Notes: generated by a model from the sequence alone, not told the origin. Numbered from the stretch's first letter, positions 1 through 12,931 are shown. The stretch is 62,824 bases of DNA from Myxococcota bacterium (GCA_036149055.1 JAYZQJ010000283.1:1-62824); one strand, 5' to 3'. Numbers and translations are program-made.

Positions 1-146
1 CGCGCCACTCGAGTCGTTCGATCCCGCGGCAGCGGGCGGCCAGCTCGCGCGCAGCGCGAGCGCGAGCCGCAGGGCCCCCAGCGCCCCGTCGCTGGGGTCG
101 CGGAGCGAGCGCGCAGCGCGAGGCGCCGGCGGAGTCAGGAGGGGGG

Positions 147-195
147 CCCTATTGGCGCTTTGCCCAATGGGGGGAGGGTTTGCACCAAACCCTCC
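147..195. repeat. Adjacent stem-loops in a palindrome-rich non-coding stretch (REP/MITE-like or terminator)
   Basis: GGAGGGTTTG-cac-CAAACCCTCC perfect 10-bp stem (173-195) and ccctattgg/ccaatgggg stem (147-172), just downstream of the 212..1561 gene. Confidence 0.45.
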
Positions 196-211
196 AAGAA
201 CTCTCAGTGAC

Positions 212-1561
212 TCACTCTTCTCGGGTCAGCTCGCGGAAGCGGCGGCCGCCGTACCAGGCGGCGAGGGCCCAGCCCGCGGTGACCACGATGGCGACCGCCG
301 ACAGCCAGCGCACGCTCTCGAAGTCGGCGAAGTAGATCGTGATCGCGAGGCTCACCCCGACCGCGAGCGCCTTCGCGAAGCGCTGCACGAACATGTCGAT
401 GAAGGCCTTCGCCTTGTACTTCTCGTCGCGGCTCGTCGGCGTGTAGAGCGCCTCGCGCGCCGACTGGTTGATCGAGTAGTTGAAGGCGTTGTCCCAGGTG
501 TTGAGCAGCGAGCCCGCCCAGAGCACCGGCAGCACCAGGAAGCCCACCGAGCCGCCGAGGATCACCAGCGGGGTCACCAGCAGGGCCACGACGAGGCGGA
601 AGCGGTTCATCAGCACCGTGGTGAGCAGCAGCTGCACGCAGAGGCTCACCACGTTGGTGATCGCGTAGACGTTCGCGAACTGCGCGTCGATCGCCTCGCC
701 ATCGAGGTAGTGCACGATGGTCGCGGTGAACTGGAAGTCGAGGATCGTGCTGACGATCTCGTAGAGCCCGACGATGGCCACGATCGACAGCAGGTACTTC
801 GAGCCGAAGACCAGCTTGGCGCCCTCGAGCGCGGGGTTGCCGGCCTCGGAGGGCTCGGGCTCGTCCTCGGCCGCCGCCGCCGCGCCGGCGCCCTGGTGCT
901 TCGCCACCCAGCGGCCGGCGAGCCACGCCTGCAGCGCGATGAGCACCACGCCGCCGGTGCAGATGTAGAGCCACACCGCGTAGGAGATCTCGTCGACCCA
1001 GACGCTGAGGAACGACGCGCCGAACGCGCCGCCCGCGACCCCGCCGAGCACGATGAGGCCGTAGAGCCGCTTGGCCGCCTCCGGAGTGACGCTGTCGTTG
1101 AGGAACGCGAAGAAGGTCGCGACCATCAGCGTCGTCCACAGGTCCCCGTAGAGATAGAAGCTCCACCCCATCCACTGGGAGCCGGAGCCCACGAAGAACG
1201 AGTAGGCGACGAGGCTGAGGGCGAAGAAGCCCGAGAACGCGAGCACCAGGCGCTCGCGCTGGAGGCGCCGGCTCAGGGCGCTGAAGACCACCACCGCGAC
1301 GGCGGCGACGACCATGTTCGCGACCTTGGCGATCAGCTCGGCCTGGGCGGCGTCGAGGCTGGCCCCGAAGAGGAGCAGCGGCTCCTCGTCGTAGAGGCGG
1401 ACGAAGATCGCCTTCTTGATCGGCTTGAGGATCCAGAAGGTCGCGATGACGAGGAAGAACGTGCCGAACATGAGGGCCGCGAGGGGCCACTCCTCGCGGC
1501 GGACGTCGAGGATCGCCTTGAGAGGGCTCTTGCCCCGCGACGAGTCCTCGTCTTCGCTCAT
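212..1561 (-). CDS. NTT/TLC (ATP/ADP translocase-like) MFS-fold transporter
   Basis: About 12 hydrophobic segments; ILKPIKKAIF, AKRLYGLI, NYSINQSAREALY and KYKAKAFIDMFVQR motifs typical of the NTT family. Confidence 0.8.
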   Translation of the reverse strand: MSEDEDSSRGKSPLKAILDVRREEWPLAALMFGTFFLVIATFWILKPIKKAIFVRLYDEEPLLLFGASLDAAQAELIAKVANMVVAAVAVVVFSALSRRLQRERLVLAFSGFFALSLVAYSFFVGSGSQWMGWSFYLYGDLWTTLMVATFFAFLNDSVTPEAAKRLYGLIVLGGVAGGAFGASFLSVWVDEISYAVWLYICTGGVVLIALQAWLAGRWVAKHQGAGAAAAAEDEPEPSEAGNPALEGAKLVFGSKYLLSIVAIVGLYEIVSTILDFQFTATIVHYLDGEAIDAQFANVYAITNVVSLCVQLLLTTVLMNRFRLVVALLVTPLVILGGSVGFLVLPVLWAGSLLNTWDNAFNYSINQSAREALYTPTSRDEKYKAKAFIDMFVQRFAKALAVGVSLAITIYFADFESVRWLSAVAIVVTAGWALAAWYGGRRFRELTREE

Positions 1562-2142
1562 TCGAGCTCCAGCAGGACGTCTCCGGCTTCGACGTCGTCC
1601 CCGTCACGCGGCGCGACGGCCTTCACGGTCGCCGGCTCGCCCGCGTACTGCACGCGGTTGAAGGTCTTCATCACCTCGATGAGCGCCACCGTCTCGCCGC
1701 CCTTCAGCGCGTCGCCGGGCTGCACGAACGGATCGGCGTCGGGGGAGGGGCGCGCGTAGAAGCGGCCGCCGAGCGGGGTGCGGAAGACGGGGCCGGTCGC
1801 GCCGTCCGCCGCCCGGGCCGCGACCTTGGCCGCCTCGGTGCCGCTCACGCCCTCCGGGTCGAGGGTCATCAGCGCGGTGCGCGCGTCGACCGGGCGCCGG
1901 CCGAGGCGCCGCCCGCCGGGCAGGCCGCCGACCACGCCGAACGCGTCCTGGGGCGCGCGCAGCACGTGCAGCACCCCGAGCACCTCGAGCTCGCCCACCA
2001 CGGCGCCGGGCCGGATGAGCGCGCCCTCGGGCGGCGCGTGGCGCCAGAGCCCGGGCTGAGGCGCGAAGAGCGTCAGCCGCCCCGCGTCGTCCCGCTCTCC
2101 GCGCACCTCGAGCGCGCTCGCGAACCGTCGCCCGTCGCTCAT
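1558..2142 (-). CDS. Biotin carboxyl carrier protein (C-terminal biotinyl domain plus degenerate N-terminal copy)
   Basis: EVMKT biotinylation motif and [12 protein letters not shown] at 2142 overlaps the upstream stop (ATGA); C-terminal part of ORF 1558..3534. Confidence 0.88.
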   Translation of the reverse strand: MSDGRRFASALEVRGERDDAGRLTLFAPQPGLWRHAPPEGALIRPGAVVGELEVLGVLHVLRAPQDAFGVVGGLPGGRRLGRRPVDARTALMTLDPEGVSGTEAAKVAARAADGATGPVFRTPLGGRFYARPSPDADPFVQPGDALKGGETVALIEVMKTFNRVQYAGEPATVKAVAPRDGDDVEAGDVLLELE

Positions 2143-3872
2143 CGGATCCCCTCGTGCAGCTCGCGCAGATCGTGGAGGCTCCAGATCCGCGGGTTCTTGA
2201 TGCGGCGGTGGCCGGTCGACTGGTAGCTGGCCTCGACGAAGACCTCGAGCCAGTCGCGCAGCGCGCCGAGCTCCACGATCTCGTCGGTGTCCATCTGTCG
2301 CGCGGCCACGTACGGGTCCATGTCGGCCTCGATGCGCTTCTCGACCGCGCGCATGCCCTCGGCGATCTCCCGCCGCTCGTCCTCGTCCTGGGTGACGATC
2401 TCGAAGTCGTCGTCGAGCTTCGAGTTGTAGGTCGCGATCGCGAGGGTGCGGCCCTCCATCACGCTGAGGCGCGAGATGCTGGTCGAGAGCTGCACGACGG
2501 GATCGTAGGGGAGGCCGCTCATGGCGTAGTAGCCCGCCCCCGACGCCTTGCGCAGGAGGACGGTGAACATCGGCACGTCGTTGGTGCTGTTCGTGTAGAT
2601 GAGGCTCGAACCGTAGGCCAACAAGCCCTGACGTTCGGCTTCGGTGCCGATGTCGAAGCCGCTGATGTCCTGGAGCCAGATCAGCGGGATGCCGTCGTCG
2701 TTGCAGGCCCGCGAGAACGCGGCGACCTTGGCGATGCCGCCGCGGTAGAGGATCGCGGCCGGGCGGTGCTCGTCGGGGTGCTCGGGGTCCCCGACCAGGC
2801 CCTGCCGGTTGATGACGAAGCCGGCGTAGAGCCCGCCGACCTTGCCGACGCCGCAGACGATCTCCTCGCCGATGTGCGGCATGCACTCCCAGAAGAGGCT
2901 CTGATCGGTGAGGCGCGCCAGCACCTCCATCGCGTCGTAGCTCTCGCGGTGATCGACCGGGAGGATGCCGGCCAGCTCGCGCGGCGGGTGCGCGGGCTCG
3001 ATGGCCCCGGCGCCGCCCCGGTAGTAGTCGGCGGCCGAGCTCGGCAGGCGCGCCACCTCGCGGCGGATGGCGTCGATGGCCGTCTCGTCGTCCGGGACCC
3101 GCACGTCGGCGCAGCCGCTCTGGTGCACGTGCACCTCGGGGCCGCCGATGCCGAGCGAGGTGAGCTTCTGGCTCTTGGCGCCCTTGATGAGGGCCGCGCC
3201 GGCGATGACCATGTAGGCCTGCTCGGTCATGTAGACGCGGTCGCTGATGATCGGCATGTAGCCGCCGCCCGCGATGCAGTCGCCGAAGACGCCCGCGATC
3301 TGAGGCACGCCGCTCGCGCTGAGCAGCGAGTTCATCTTGAAGATGTGACCCGCGCCTTTGGCGCCGGGGAACGAGCGCGACTGCTCCGGCAGGAAGAGCC
3401 CCGAGCAGTCCACGAGGTAGACGGTCGGCAGCTTGAGCCGCAGGGCCATCATCTGGGCCCGCTCGATCTTCTCCGGGGTGCGCGGCCACCAGGAGCCGCT
3501 CGCCACGGTGTTGTCGTTCGCGATCACCATGCACCAGCGGCCCTCCACCCGCGCGAACGCGGTGACCACGCCGGCGGCGGGGCTGGTGAGCGGCTTGTCG
3601 CCGAAGGTGTCGCCGTAGTTGACGAAGGTGCCCACCTCGAACAGGTCGGTGCCCGGGTCGGCGAGGCGCGCGAGGCGCTCGCGGGTGGTGAGCTTGCCCT
3701 TCGCGTGGACGCGCTCGACGTACTTGTCGCCCCAGCCCGACTCGACCTCCGCGCGGCGGGCGCGGAGCTTCTCTTCGAGCGGGGCGAGCTTCTCCTGGTG
3801 CTCGCGCCAGGCGCGCTCGTCGAGGACGTCGGTGCGGGGGCGGCCGATGGGGGTCAGCGGGACGTGGGCCAT
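2139..3872 (-). CDS. Acyl-CoA carboxylase carboxyltransferase subunit
   Basis: [30 protein letters not shown] and SGAGYYAM motifs of the Carboxyl_trans family. Confidence 0.92.
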   Translation of the reverse strand: MAHVPLTPIGRPRTDVLDERAWREHQEKLAPLEEKLRARRAEVESGWGDKYVERVHAKGKLTTRERLARLADPGTDLFEVGTFVNYGDTFGDKPLTSPAAGVVTAFARVEGRWCMVIANDNTVASGSWWPRTPEKIERAQMMALRLKLPTVYLVDCSGLFLPEQSRSFPGAKGAGHIFKMNSLLSASGVPQIAGVFGDCIAGGGYMPIISDRVYMTEQAYMVIAGAALIKGAKSQKLTSLGIGGPEVHVHQSGCADVRVPDDETAIDAIRREVARLPSSAADYYRGGAGAIEPAHPPRELAGILPVDHRESYDAMEVLARLTDQSLFWECMPHIGEEIVCGVGKVGGLYAGFVINRQGLVGDPEHPDEHRPAAILYRGGIAKVAAFSRACNDDGIPLIWLQDISGFDIGTEAERQGLLAYGSSLIYTNSTNDVPMFTVLLRKASGAGYYAMSGLPYDPVVQLSTSISRLSVMEGRTLAIATYNSKLDDDFEIVTQDEDERREIAEGMRAVEKRIEADMDPYVAARQMDTDEIVELGALRDWLEVFVEASYQSTGHRRIKNPRIWSLHDLRELHEGIR

Positions 3873-3885
3873 GGGTGCTCCTCTA

Positions 3886-5238
<1,353 letters not shown>

Positions 5239-5286
5239 GAGGGCCGGGACGTTAGCAGACCCGCCGCCCTCGGAAAGGGAGGATCC

Positions 5287-5970
5287 TCAGCGCCGGGGCG
5301 AGAGCGCGCGGGCGAGCGGCGCGAGCCAGGGCAGGAGCCCGAGGCCGAGCGCGAGGGCGGCGAGCTCCCCCGCGCGGTCGTGCGAGCTGGCCGCGCAGCC
5401 GAAGCCTTCGGGGATGGCGATCAGGGCCGGGATGGCGGCCATCGTCGCGAACAGGCCCCAGGTCTTGCCCCGGAAGACGCCGCTCAGGCCGGCCACCGCG
5501 AGCGCCGCCGCGCCGGTGCCGATGAGCAGGGTGCCGGTCGCGCCGGTCGGCATCAGCCCGGCGACCACGATCCAGGGCACGGCCACGCCGGCCATGAACC
5601 CCACGCCCGAGTGGCGCCAGCTGGCGACCGGGGCGCCCGCGTCGTGCGCGGCCACGCTCCGGACCGCGAGCGCGGTCAGCAAGATCACCTGCGCCCCGAG
5701 GAAGGCCATCACCGCCGGGTGGAGCCCGACGGGGAGCATCACCATCGCCGAGATGGCGGCGAGCCCGGCCGCGTAGCTCGGTCCCCACACCCGCTGGCGG
5801 CTCACCCCGATCGCGCCGACCAGCCAGGTCAGCGAGAGCCCCCCGAAGAACGGGAGCATGGCCGCCCAGCTCTGCCCGAGCGCGAGGCCGTACCACGCGA
5901 AGAAGGCGGCGGAGGCGAGGAGGGAGACGACCGCGACGGCGCGGGCGGAGCGTTCGATGTGGGCCGGCAT
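5287..5970 (-). CDS. Multi-pass membrane protein, function unknown
   Basis: Hydrophobic C-terminal part of ORF 5287..7020; ATG 5970 preceded by TACCTT at 6 nt. Confidence 0.7.
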   Translation of the reverse strand: MPAHIERSARAVAVVSLLASAAFFAWYGLALGQSWAAMLPFFGGLSLTWLVGAIGVSRQRVWGPSYAAGLAAISAMVMLPVGLHPAVMAFLGAQVILLTALAVRSVAAHDAGAPVASWRHSGVGFMAGVAVPWIVVAGLMPTGATGTLLIGTGAAALAVAGLSGVFRGKTWGLFATMAAIPALIAIPEGFGCAASSHDRAGELAALALGLGLLPWLAPLARALSPRR

Positions 5971-6011
5971 GCCTTCAAGGTAGGGCCGGCGCGGGTCCGA
6001 GCCAATTCGCG

Positions 6012-6929
6012 TCACGCCCCGGCGAAGCGGAGGAACGGCTCGATGAAGAGGGGCGCCGAGGTGAGCATGACCGTCCAGGTCCAGACCCGGGCCAGCGGGG
6101 GCGCCCACCGCTCCACCCCGAGCGCGCGCTCGGCGAGCACCGCCGCGCCCTGCACGAGGAAGAAGCCCCCCATGCACGCCGTCATCTCGAGGTCGAGGGC
6201 CACCGCCGCCAGCCACGCGTGCACCGCGGCGCTGACCACGAAGGCGAAGGCGAGGCCGAGCACCGGGCGACGGCGGCGGGCGAGCGGGGCGAAGCAGTGC
6301 CGGCGGAGCCAGACGTGCACGGTCCGGTTCCAGCGGCGCGACCAGAGCTCGCTGACGGTGCGCGAGAGCGCCGGCGCGTCGTGGATGCGCGGCAGCTCCA
6401 CCCCGAGCGCCCGGTAGGCCGCGACCAGGGCGTGCACCACCGCGTCGAAGAGCGCGTAGCCGAAGACGAGGCCGCCTCCCCACCGCGCCAGCCAGTGGGC
6501 CGGCCCCGTCAGCCCGGGCGCCACGGCGAACACCACCCAGGCCCCGGCCGCGGACGCGGCGCCGTAGCCGAGGACGGCGAGCGCCCCCGCGACGTCGAGG
6601 CGCGGCGGGACCCGGCGGGCGAGCCGCACGTCGGCGGGGGTGAGCGCCATCCACAGGCGGACGAGCGGGGGCGAGGTGCGCCGCTCCCGGGCCAGCTCCA
6701 CGAAGATGAGCGCCGCGAGCACCGACACCATCGCCATCCAGAAGCGCAGGCCCACGTGGTCGGGCGCGAGCCAGGGGAGGGTGAGCGCGGCGGCCAGCAC
6801 CCCGGCCCCGACCAGCGCCCGAGGGCCGCGGGTCGTCACCAGCCCGAGCGCCACCGACAGCCCGAGCTGTGCGGCGAGCCAGGCGGCGAAGGAGAGCGGC
6901 GGCACGCCGCAGGGTAACGCGGTTGCCAC
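6012..6929 (-). CDS. MBOAT-family (wax-synthase-like) membrane acyltransferase
   Basis: [16 protein letters not shown] and [11 protein letters not shown] motifs with catalytic His; many TM segments; start uncertain. Confidence 0.8.
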   Translation of the reverse strand: MATALPCGVPPLSFAAWLAAQLGLSVALGLVTTRGPRALVGAGVLAAALTLPWLAPDHVGLRFWMAMVSVLAALIFVELARERRTSPPLVRLWMALTPADVRLARRVPPRLDVAGALAVLGYGAASAAGAWVVFAVAPGLTGPAHWLARWGGGLVFGYALFDAVVHALVAAYRALGVELPRIHDAPALSRTVSELWSRRWNRTVHVWLRRHCFAPLARRRRPVLGLAFAFVVSAAVHAWLAAVALDLEMTACMGGFFLVQGAAVLAERALGVERWAPPLARVWTWTVMLTSAPLFIEPFLRFAGA

Positions 6930-6985
6930 GAGGCCGGGCGCCGGGTAAGGCAGCGGCGATTCCCAACCGCAGCGAAGGAGCGACG

Positions 6986-8377
6986 ATGGCCACCCGCACC
7001 GAGTCCGACACCATGGGCAAGCTCGAGGTCCCCGCCGACGCCTACTACGGCGCCCAGACCGAGCGCTCGAAGATGAACTTCCCCATCGGGGAGGAGCGGA
7101 TGCCGAGCGAGATCGTGCGCGCCTTCGGCGTCCTCAAGAAGGCGGCGGCGCTGACCAACCACGAGCTCGGCAACCTCGAGGCGGAGGTGAAGGACCTCAT
7201 CGTGAGGGCGGCCGACGAGGTCATCGACGGCAAGCTCGACGCGCACTTCCCGCTCGTCGTCTGGCAGACCGGCTCCGGCACCCAGTCGAACATGAACGTC
7301 AACGAGGTCATCGCGAACCGCGCAATCCAGATCGCGGGCGGCGAGATGGGCAGCAAGAGCCCGGTGCACCCCAACGACCACGTCAACCGCAGCCAGAGCT
7401 CCAACGACACCTTCCCGACCGCGATGCACATCGCCGCGGTCACCCAGATCGAGGAGCGCCTGCTCCCGAGCGTGAAGCAGCTGCGGGACACCCTGCACGA
7501 CAAGGCCGAGGCCTACGCCGACATCGTCAAGATCGGCCGCACCCACCTGCAGGACGCGACGCCGCTCACCCTCGGCCAGGAGATCAGCGGCTGGGTCGCG
7601 CAGCTCGACCACGCCACCGCCGCCATCCGGATGAGCCTCACCCAGCTGCGCGAGCTCGCGCTCGGCGGCACCGCGGTCGGCACCGGGCTGAACACCCACC
7701 CCGACTACGCGCGCCACGTGGCCCAGAAGATCGCGGAGCTGACCGGCTTCGACTTCGTGACCGCGCCCAACAAGTTCGCCGGCCTCGCCGCGCACGACGC
7801 CTTCGTGCTCGCGAGCGGCGCGCTCAAGCAGCTCGCGTCCGCCTGCATGAAGATCGCCAACGACGTGCGCTGGCTCGCGTCGGGCCCGCGCTGCGGCATC
7901 GGCGAGCTGCTCATCCCGGCCAACGAGCCCGGCTCGTCGATCATGCCCGGCAAGGTGAACCCCACCCAGTCCGAGGCGATGACGATGGTGTGCGCCCAGG
8001 TGATGGGCAACGACGCGACCATCGGCTTCGCGTGCAGCCAGGGCAACTTCGAGCTCAACGTCTTCAAGCCGGTCATCGCCTACAACCTGCTGCAGTCGGT
8101 GCGGCTCCTCGCCGACGCCTGCGCGAGCTTCGAGGAGCGCTGCGCCCGCGGGCTCGAGCCGAACCGGCCGACGATCGAGAAGAACCTGAAGAACAGCCTG
8201 ATGCTCGTGACCGCGCTCAACCCGGTCATCGGCTACGACAAGGCGGCCAAGATCGCGAAGACCGCGTACGAGAAGGGCCAGACCCTGAAGGAGACCGCGG
8301 TCGAGCTCGGCTTCCTCACCGCCGAGGAGTTCGAGGCGGCGGTGAAGCCGGGCGAGATGGTCGGCCCGAAGCCGTGA
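6986..8377 (+). CDS. fumC: Class II fumarate hydratase
   Basis: [15 protein letters not shown] signature, [30 protein letters not shown] before ATG 6986. Confidence 0.97.
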   Translation: MATRTESDTMGKLEVPADAYYGAQTERSKMNFPIGEERMPSEIVRAFGVLKKAAALTNHELGNLEAEVKDLIVRAADEVIDGKLDAHFPLVVWQTGSGTQSNMNVNEVIANRAIQIAGGEMGSKSPVHPNDHVNRSQSSNDTFPTAMHIAAVTQIEERLLPSVKQLRDTLHDKAEAYADIVKIGRTHLQDATPLTLGQEISGWVAQLDHATAAIRMSLTQLRELALGGTAVGTGLNTHPDYARHVAQKIAELTGFDFVTAPNKFAGLAAHDAFVLASGALKQLASACMKIANDVRWLASGPRCGIGELLIPANEPGSSIMPGKVNPTQSEAMTMVCAQVMGNDATIGFACSQGNFELNVFKPVIAYNLLQSVRLLADACASFEERCARGLEPNRPTIEKNLKNSLMLVTALNPVIGYDKAAKIAKTAYEKGQTLKETAVELGFLTAEEFEAAVKPGEMVGPKP

Positions 8378-8439
8378 CCATGTAGGTGTCGGCCTTCCCC
8401 TGACAGACGTCTGTCGCGCTGCAGGGCAAGCTCGTCCAG

Positions 8440-9177
8440 GTGGGCGGCATCAGGGTGATGGTGGTGGACGACTCCGAGCTCGTCTGCCGGGCACTTTCAC
8501 GGGCGCTGGGTGCGGAGGGGTTCGAGGTCGTCACGCGGCTGAACCCCATCGGCACCGGCGCCGCCATCGCCAGGGAGCGGCCCGACGTCGTCCTGCTCGA
8601 CGTGTCGATGCCGGCCCTCGACGGGGCGGAGGTGCTGCGGTCGCTGGCCCGCGCGGCGCGGCGACCGCGGATCTTCCTCCACTCCGATCGCGACCCGGCC
8701 GAGCTCGAGGCGCTCGCCCGGGCCCACGGGGCCGACGGGACCATCGCCAAGGGCACCCCGATCTCCGAGATCGCGGCGCGCCTGCGTCGGGCGGCGCGGG
8801 CGCCCTCGGGTCGCCGCCGCTCGCTCCTGGTGGTCGAGCCGGAGCCCATCCGCCGGGCCCGGGTCGCCGACGCGCTCGCCGCGGTGGCCCACGTGACCTC
8901 CTCCGACTCGGGGACCGAGGCGCTGCTGATGGTGATGGGCCCGCGGCCGCCCGAGGTGGTGGTGGCGAGCACCGAGCTCGAGGATCTGCCGCTCACGAAG
9001 CTCGCGCGCGAGGCGATCCGCGTGGACGCCGGCTTCCGGGATCGCTTCGTGGTGCTGCGCGGCCCCCGGGCGGCGGAGCTGGAGCGCCTCGAGGGCTTCC
9101 ACCCGCCGACCCTCGACCGCGACGCGCCCTCGAGCGCGCTCCGGGAGGTGGTCCTCGCGCTGGAGGGGCGCCCGTGA
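8440..9177 (+). CDS. Response regulator with one intact and one degenerate receiver domain
   Basis: VMVVDDS...LLDVSMP..DG; second REC-like half lacks the acceptor Asp (VVASTEL). Confidence 0.8.
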   Translation: MGGIRVMVVDDSELVCRALSRALGAEGFEVVTRLNPIGTGAAIARERPDVVLLDVSMPALDGAEVLRSLARAARRPRIFLHSDRDPAELEALARAHGADGTIAKGTPISEIAARLRRAARAPSGRRRSLLVVEPEPIRRARVADALAAVAHVTSSDSGTEALLMVMGPRPPEVVVASTELEDLPLTKLAREAIRVDAGFRDRFVVLRGPRAAELERLEGFHPPTLDRDAPSSALREVVLALEGRP

Positions 9178-9596
9178 GCGCCCTGCTCGCGATGTCGATC
9201 GACGCGCTGCGGCTCGGGCTGCCGGTGGAGGTGATCTCCGAGATCGCCGACCGCCCGCCGTCGAGGCCGCTGCCGCGCGCGCCCGCGCACCTCGCCGGGC
9301 TGGCGAGCCTCCGGGGCGCGCCGCTCCCGCTCGTCGAGCTGGGGGTGCTGCTCGGGGGACGCGCCCTGCCGCCGGGAGAGGGCCGCGCGGTGATCGCGGA
9401 GCTCGAGGACGGGCTGCGGGCCGGATTCCTGGTGGAGCGCGTGCACGGGGTCGCCTGGGGACGGCCGGCCGGGCCGGGGGCCACGCCGCTCGACGACGCG
9501 CTCCGTCGCGTCACCCGCGGCGAGGTCGAGGGGCCGGACGGGGTGCTGCTGGAGCTCGATCCGCGGGCGCTCTTCGAGGTGAGCCGTGCGCGCTGA
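9174..9596 (+). CDS. cheW: CheW coupling protein
   Basis: LPRAPAHLAGLASLRGAPLPLVEL and GFLVERV; located in the che cluster. Confidence 0.85.
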   Translation: MSALLAMSIDALRLGLPVEVISEIADRPPSRPLPRAPAHLAGLASLRGAPLPLVELGVLLGGRALPPGEGRAVIAELEDGLRAGFLVERVHGVAWGRPAGPGATPLDDALRRVTRGEVEGPDGVLLELDPRALFEVSRAR

Positions 9597-9945
9597 GCGG
9601 GCCGCGCTCATGCGGTTCGGAGAGGTCGAGGTCGCGCTCTCGACCGACGCGCTGCTCGCGTTCCTCGCGCACGACGGCGACCCCGAGGACGACGGCGCGC
9701 TCGACCTCGCGGCGTGCCTCGGCGAGGGCGCGATCGGGGAGCCGCGCGAGGTGCTCGTCCGCACCGCCGGCGCGCCGCTCCGGCTCCGGGTGGGCGCGAT
9801 CCGGGTCGAAGAGGTCCCGGCCGCCCAGCCGGTGCCCGCGCTGCTCACCGGGCTCTGCGCCCGGATCGCGGCCAAGGGGCTGATCCCCCGAGGCGAAGGC
9901 TTCGCCCTCCTGCTCGATCCCGACGGGCTCGTGCGGCTCCGATGA
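9586..9945 (+). CDS. Divergent CheW-like protein
   Basis: LDLAACLG and FALLLDPDGL; lies between cheW and cheA with overlapping ends. Confidence 0.6.
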   Translation: MRAERAALMRFGEVEVALSTDALLAFLAHDGDPEDDGALDLAACLGEGAIGEPREVLVRTAGAPLRLRVGAIRVEEVPAAQPVPALLTGLCARIAAKGLIPRGEGFALLLDPDGLVRLR

Positions 9946-11921
9946 GCGGGGCCGATCTCACCGCCGACCTCCGCGCGGTCGCCGCGGAGCGGCTCCAGAC
10001 GGTCGAGGCGCTGCTCGCGTCGCTGTCGCCGCACGCGCCCGACGACGACCTGCGCGCGCTCGCCCGGGAGCTGCACACCCTGAAGGGCGAGGCGCGGCTC
10101 GTCGGCATGATCGACGTGGCCGACCGGGTGCACGCCGCCGAAGGCGCGGCGGCCGCCTTCGCCGCCGACCTGGGCTCGGCCGAGGCGCGCGCCGCGCTCT
10201 ACGACGCGCTCGACGCCATCGCCGAGCGCCTCGCGGCCAGCGCCGCCCCGGTGGGCGAGGGCGGCCGCCCGAGCGAGGCCCGGATCGCGCGCCTCGCCGA
10301 TCTCGCGCTCGCGGCCCGGGGCGGTGACGCGGCCCTGCGCGGCATCGCGGCCGAGCTCGGGCAGCTGCGCGAGGAGCTGTCGCACCTGCGCGCGGCCTCG
10401 GGCCGGGACGCGGACCCGCACGCGCTCGGCCTCCGCCTGGACCGGGTCGAGCGGCACGCCGCCCACGCCGCCGCCGCCGCCCGCGCGGCCCTCGCCGACG
10501 CCCGGGAGCACGCAGATGCGCTCGACGCCGCCGCCCGCGCGCTCGCGCTCGTGCCCCTCGGCGGCCTGCTCGGGGCCCAGCGCGCGGCGGTGCGGCGCAT
10601 GTCGGCCGAGCAGGGCAAGGAGGTCGAGGTCGCGATCGAGGGCGCGGAGGTCGAGGTCGACGGCGAGGTGCTCGAGGCGCTGCGCGTGCCCCTCGTGCAC
10701 CTGGTGCGGAACGCGATCGACCACGGGCTCGAGACCCCCGCCGAGCGGGTCCGCGCCGGCAAGCCCGGGCGCGGCCTGCTGCGGCTGGAGGCGTGGGTGG
10801 ACGGCTCCGAGGTGGAGCTCCAGGTCTCGGATGACGGCCGCGGGATCGACGTGGCCGCGGTCCGGGCGCGCGCGCTCGAGATGGGCGCCATCGGGCCGGA
10901 CGCGGACGACTCCGAGGCCCTGCGCGCCGTGCTCTGGCCGGGGCTCAGCACCCGCGCCGCGCCGAGCGCCACCTCCGGCCGCGGCGTCGGCCTCGACGCG
11001 GTCGCCAGCGCGCTGGCCGCGGTCGGCGGCAAGGTGCACGTCGAGAGCGAGCCCGGGCGCGGCGCGACGGTGCGGCTCCGGGTGCCCGGCGCGCGGGTGG
11101 TCTCGCAGGGCGCGGTCCTCGAGGCGGCGGGCAGCGCCTGGGTCGTGCCGGCCCGGTCGGTGCGCGCGGTGCACGACCTCGCCGCGGCGCCGCCCGAGCG
11201 GGCGGGAGCCGGCTGGATCGTGCGGCTCGACGACGCGCGCCTCCGCTACGCCCCCCTCGCCGACGCGCTCGGGGCGCCGGCCCGCGCTCGCCCCCGCCGG
11301 GTGGTCGTGCTCACGGACGGCCGGGGCACGATCGCGCTCGGGGTCGATCGCTGCCGCGGCGTGCAGCGCATCACCGTGCGACGCGACGCGGGCCTGGTCG
11401 CCGATCTCGCGCTGCTGTCGGGCGCCGCGGTGCTCGACGACGGCGAGGTGGTCCCGCTGCTCGATGTGGGCGCGCTGGTCGAGGGGGCGCTGGCCGGAGT
11501 CGGGCTGGCCGATGCGACGCCCTCGCGCCCTCGTGAGATCCGGCGTCGCCGGGTGCTGGTGGTGGACGACTCCGAGCTCATGCGGGACGTCGCCGCCTCG
11601 GCGCTCCGCGACATGGGGCACGAGGTGCGCGAGGCGGTCGACGGAGAGGACGCCCTGCGGGTCGCGCGCGCCGCGCCGCCCGATCTGGTGGTGACCGACC
11701 TCGACATGCCGGTGATGGACGGCTTCGCGCTGCTCGAGGCGCTGCGGGCGGACCCGGACACCGCGCGCACGCCGGTGGTGGTCTTCACCAGCAGCGACGG
11801 CGACGCGGCGCTGCGGCGCGCGGGCGCCCTCGGCGCGGACGCCTACGTCGTGAAGTCGCGGCTCTCGCGGGTCGAGCTCGAGCGCGCCGTCCTCGGCTTG
11901 CTGTCGCGGGAGGCGGGATGA
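9942..11921 (+). CDS. cheA: Hybrid CheA (Hpt-HATPase-CheW-REC)
   Basis: LHTLKGEAR, HLVRNAIDHG, DDGRGID, SGRGVGLD, C-terminal VTDLDMPVMDG; ATG 9942 overlaps the upstream stop. Confidence 0.93.
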   Translation: MSGADLTADLRAVAAERLQTVEALLASLSPHAPDDDLRALARELHTLKGEARLVGMIDVADRVHAAEGAAAAFAADLGSAEARAALYDALDAIAERLAASAAPVGEGGRPSEARIARLADLALAARGGDAALRGIAAELGQLREELSHLRAASGRDADPHALGLRLDRVERHAAHAAAAARAALADAREHADALDAAARALALVPLGGLLGAQRAAVRRMSAEQGKEVEVAIEGAEVEVDGEVLEALRVPLVHLVRNAIDHGLETPAERVRAGKPGRGLLRLEAWVDGSEVELQVSDDGRGIDVAAVRARALEMGAIGPDADDSEALRAVLWPGLSTRAAPSATSGRGVGLDAVASALAAVGGKVHVESEPGRGATVRLRVPGARVVSQGAVLEAAGSAWVVPARSVRAVHDLAAAPPERAGAGWIVRLDDARLRYAPLADALGAPARARPRRVVVLTDGRGTIALGVDRCRGVQRITVRRDAGLVADLALLSGAAVLDDGEVVPLLDVGALVEGALAGVGLADATPSRPREIRRRRVLVVDDSELMRDVAASALRDMGHEVREAVDGEDALRVARAAPPDLVVTDLDMPVMDGFALLEALRADPDTARTPVVVFTSSDGDAALRRAGALGADAYVVKSRLSRVELERAVLGLLSREAG

Positions 11922-12931
11922 GGCCGCTGCGCGTGTTGCTCGCCGACGACTCGCCTCTCTTCTTTCGCTGGGTCGAGACCGAGCTGTCGCACGAGACGCT
12001 GACGATCGTGGGCCGGGCCCAGAACGGCGCCGACGCCTGCGCGATGGTGGAGCGGCTCGCGCCCGACCTGGTCCTGATGGACGTGCACATGCCGGTGATG
12101 GGCGGGCTCGACGCGGTCGCCGCGATCATGGCCCGGCGGCCCACGCCGATCGTGATGGTCACCGGCGACCCACGCGGGGAGGAGGGGGCGCTCGCGTTCG
12201 AGGCGCTGCGCCGCGGGGCCCGGGACCTGATCCCGAAGCCGTCGCGCTGGCGGCTCGGGCCGGCGGAGCGGGTGGCCTGGCGCCGAAAGCTCCACGCCCT
12301 GGCCGGCCGGGGAGGAGCGACCCGATCGGCTCCCCCGCCGGCGAGGCCGCCGCGCACCGACGCCGCCCGGCCGGCCGAGGTGATCGGGGTGGGCGCGTCG
12401 ACCGGCGGCCCGGCCGCGCTCGCCGCGTTCCTGGGCGGGCTGCCGTCGACGCTGTCGGTGCCGGTGCTCGTGGTGCAGCACCTCGCGCCCGGCTTCGTCG
12501 ACGGCCTCGCCCGCTGGCTCGCGCGGGACACCCGGCTGGCGGTGCGGGTCGCGGTCGACGGCGAGCGTCCGTCGGCGGGCGACGTCTTGATCGCGCCGGA
12601 CGGCGCGCACCTCTCGTGGCCGGGCGCGCGGGTCCGCATCGAGCCGGCGCGCGGCGGGCACGTCCCGTCGATCGACGTGCTCTTCGGGTCCCTCGCGCGC
12701 AGCCGGGGCGCCGCGGCGCTCGGGGTGCTGCTCACCGGGATGGGGACCGACGGGGTCGAGGGCATGGCCGCGCTGCACGAGGCCGGCGCGCTCACCCTCG
12801 CGCAGGACGCCGAGAGCAGCGTCGTCTGGGGCATCCCCGGCGCGGCCGCGGCCCGGGGCGTGGTCGCGGAGCTCGGCTCACCTGCGAGCCTCGCTCGCCT
12901 CGCCGCCCGGGCCACCCGGAGGGTCGCGTGA
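11918..12931 (+). CDS. cheB: CheB methylesterase (REC plus esterase)
   Basis: GASTGGP, VQH and LTGMGTDG catalytic triad motifs. Confidence 0.93.
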   Translation: MRPLRVLLADDSPLFFRWVETELSHETLTIVGRAQNGADACAMVERLAPDLVLMDVHMPVMGGLDAVAAIMARRPTPIVMVTGDPRGEEGALAFEALRRGARDLIPKPSRWRLGPAERVAWRRKLHALAGRGGATRSAPPPARPPRTDAARPAEVIGVGASTGGPAALAAFLGGLPSTLSVPVLVVQHLAPGFVDGLARWLARDTRLAVRVAVDGERPSAGDVLIAPDGAHLSWPGARVRIEPARGGHVPSIDVLFGSLARSRGAAALGVLLTGMGTDGVEGMAALHEAGALTLAQDAESSVVWGIPGAAAARGVVAELGSPASLARLAARATRRVA

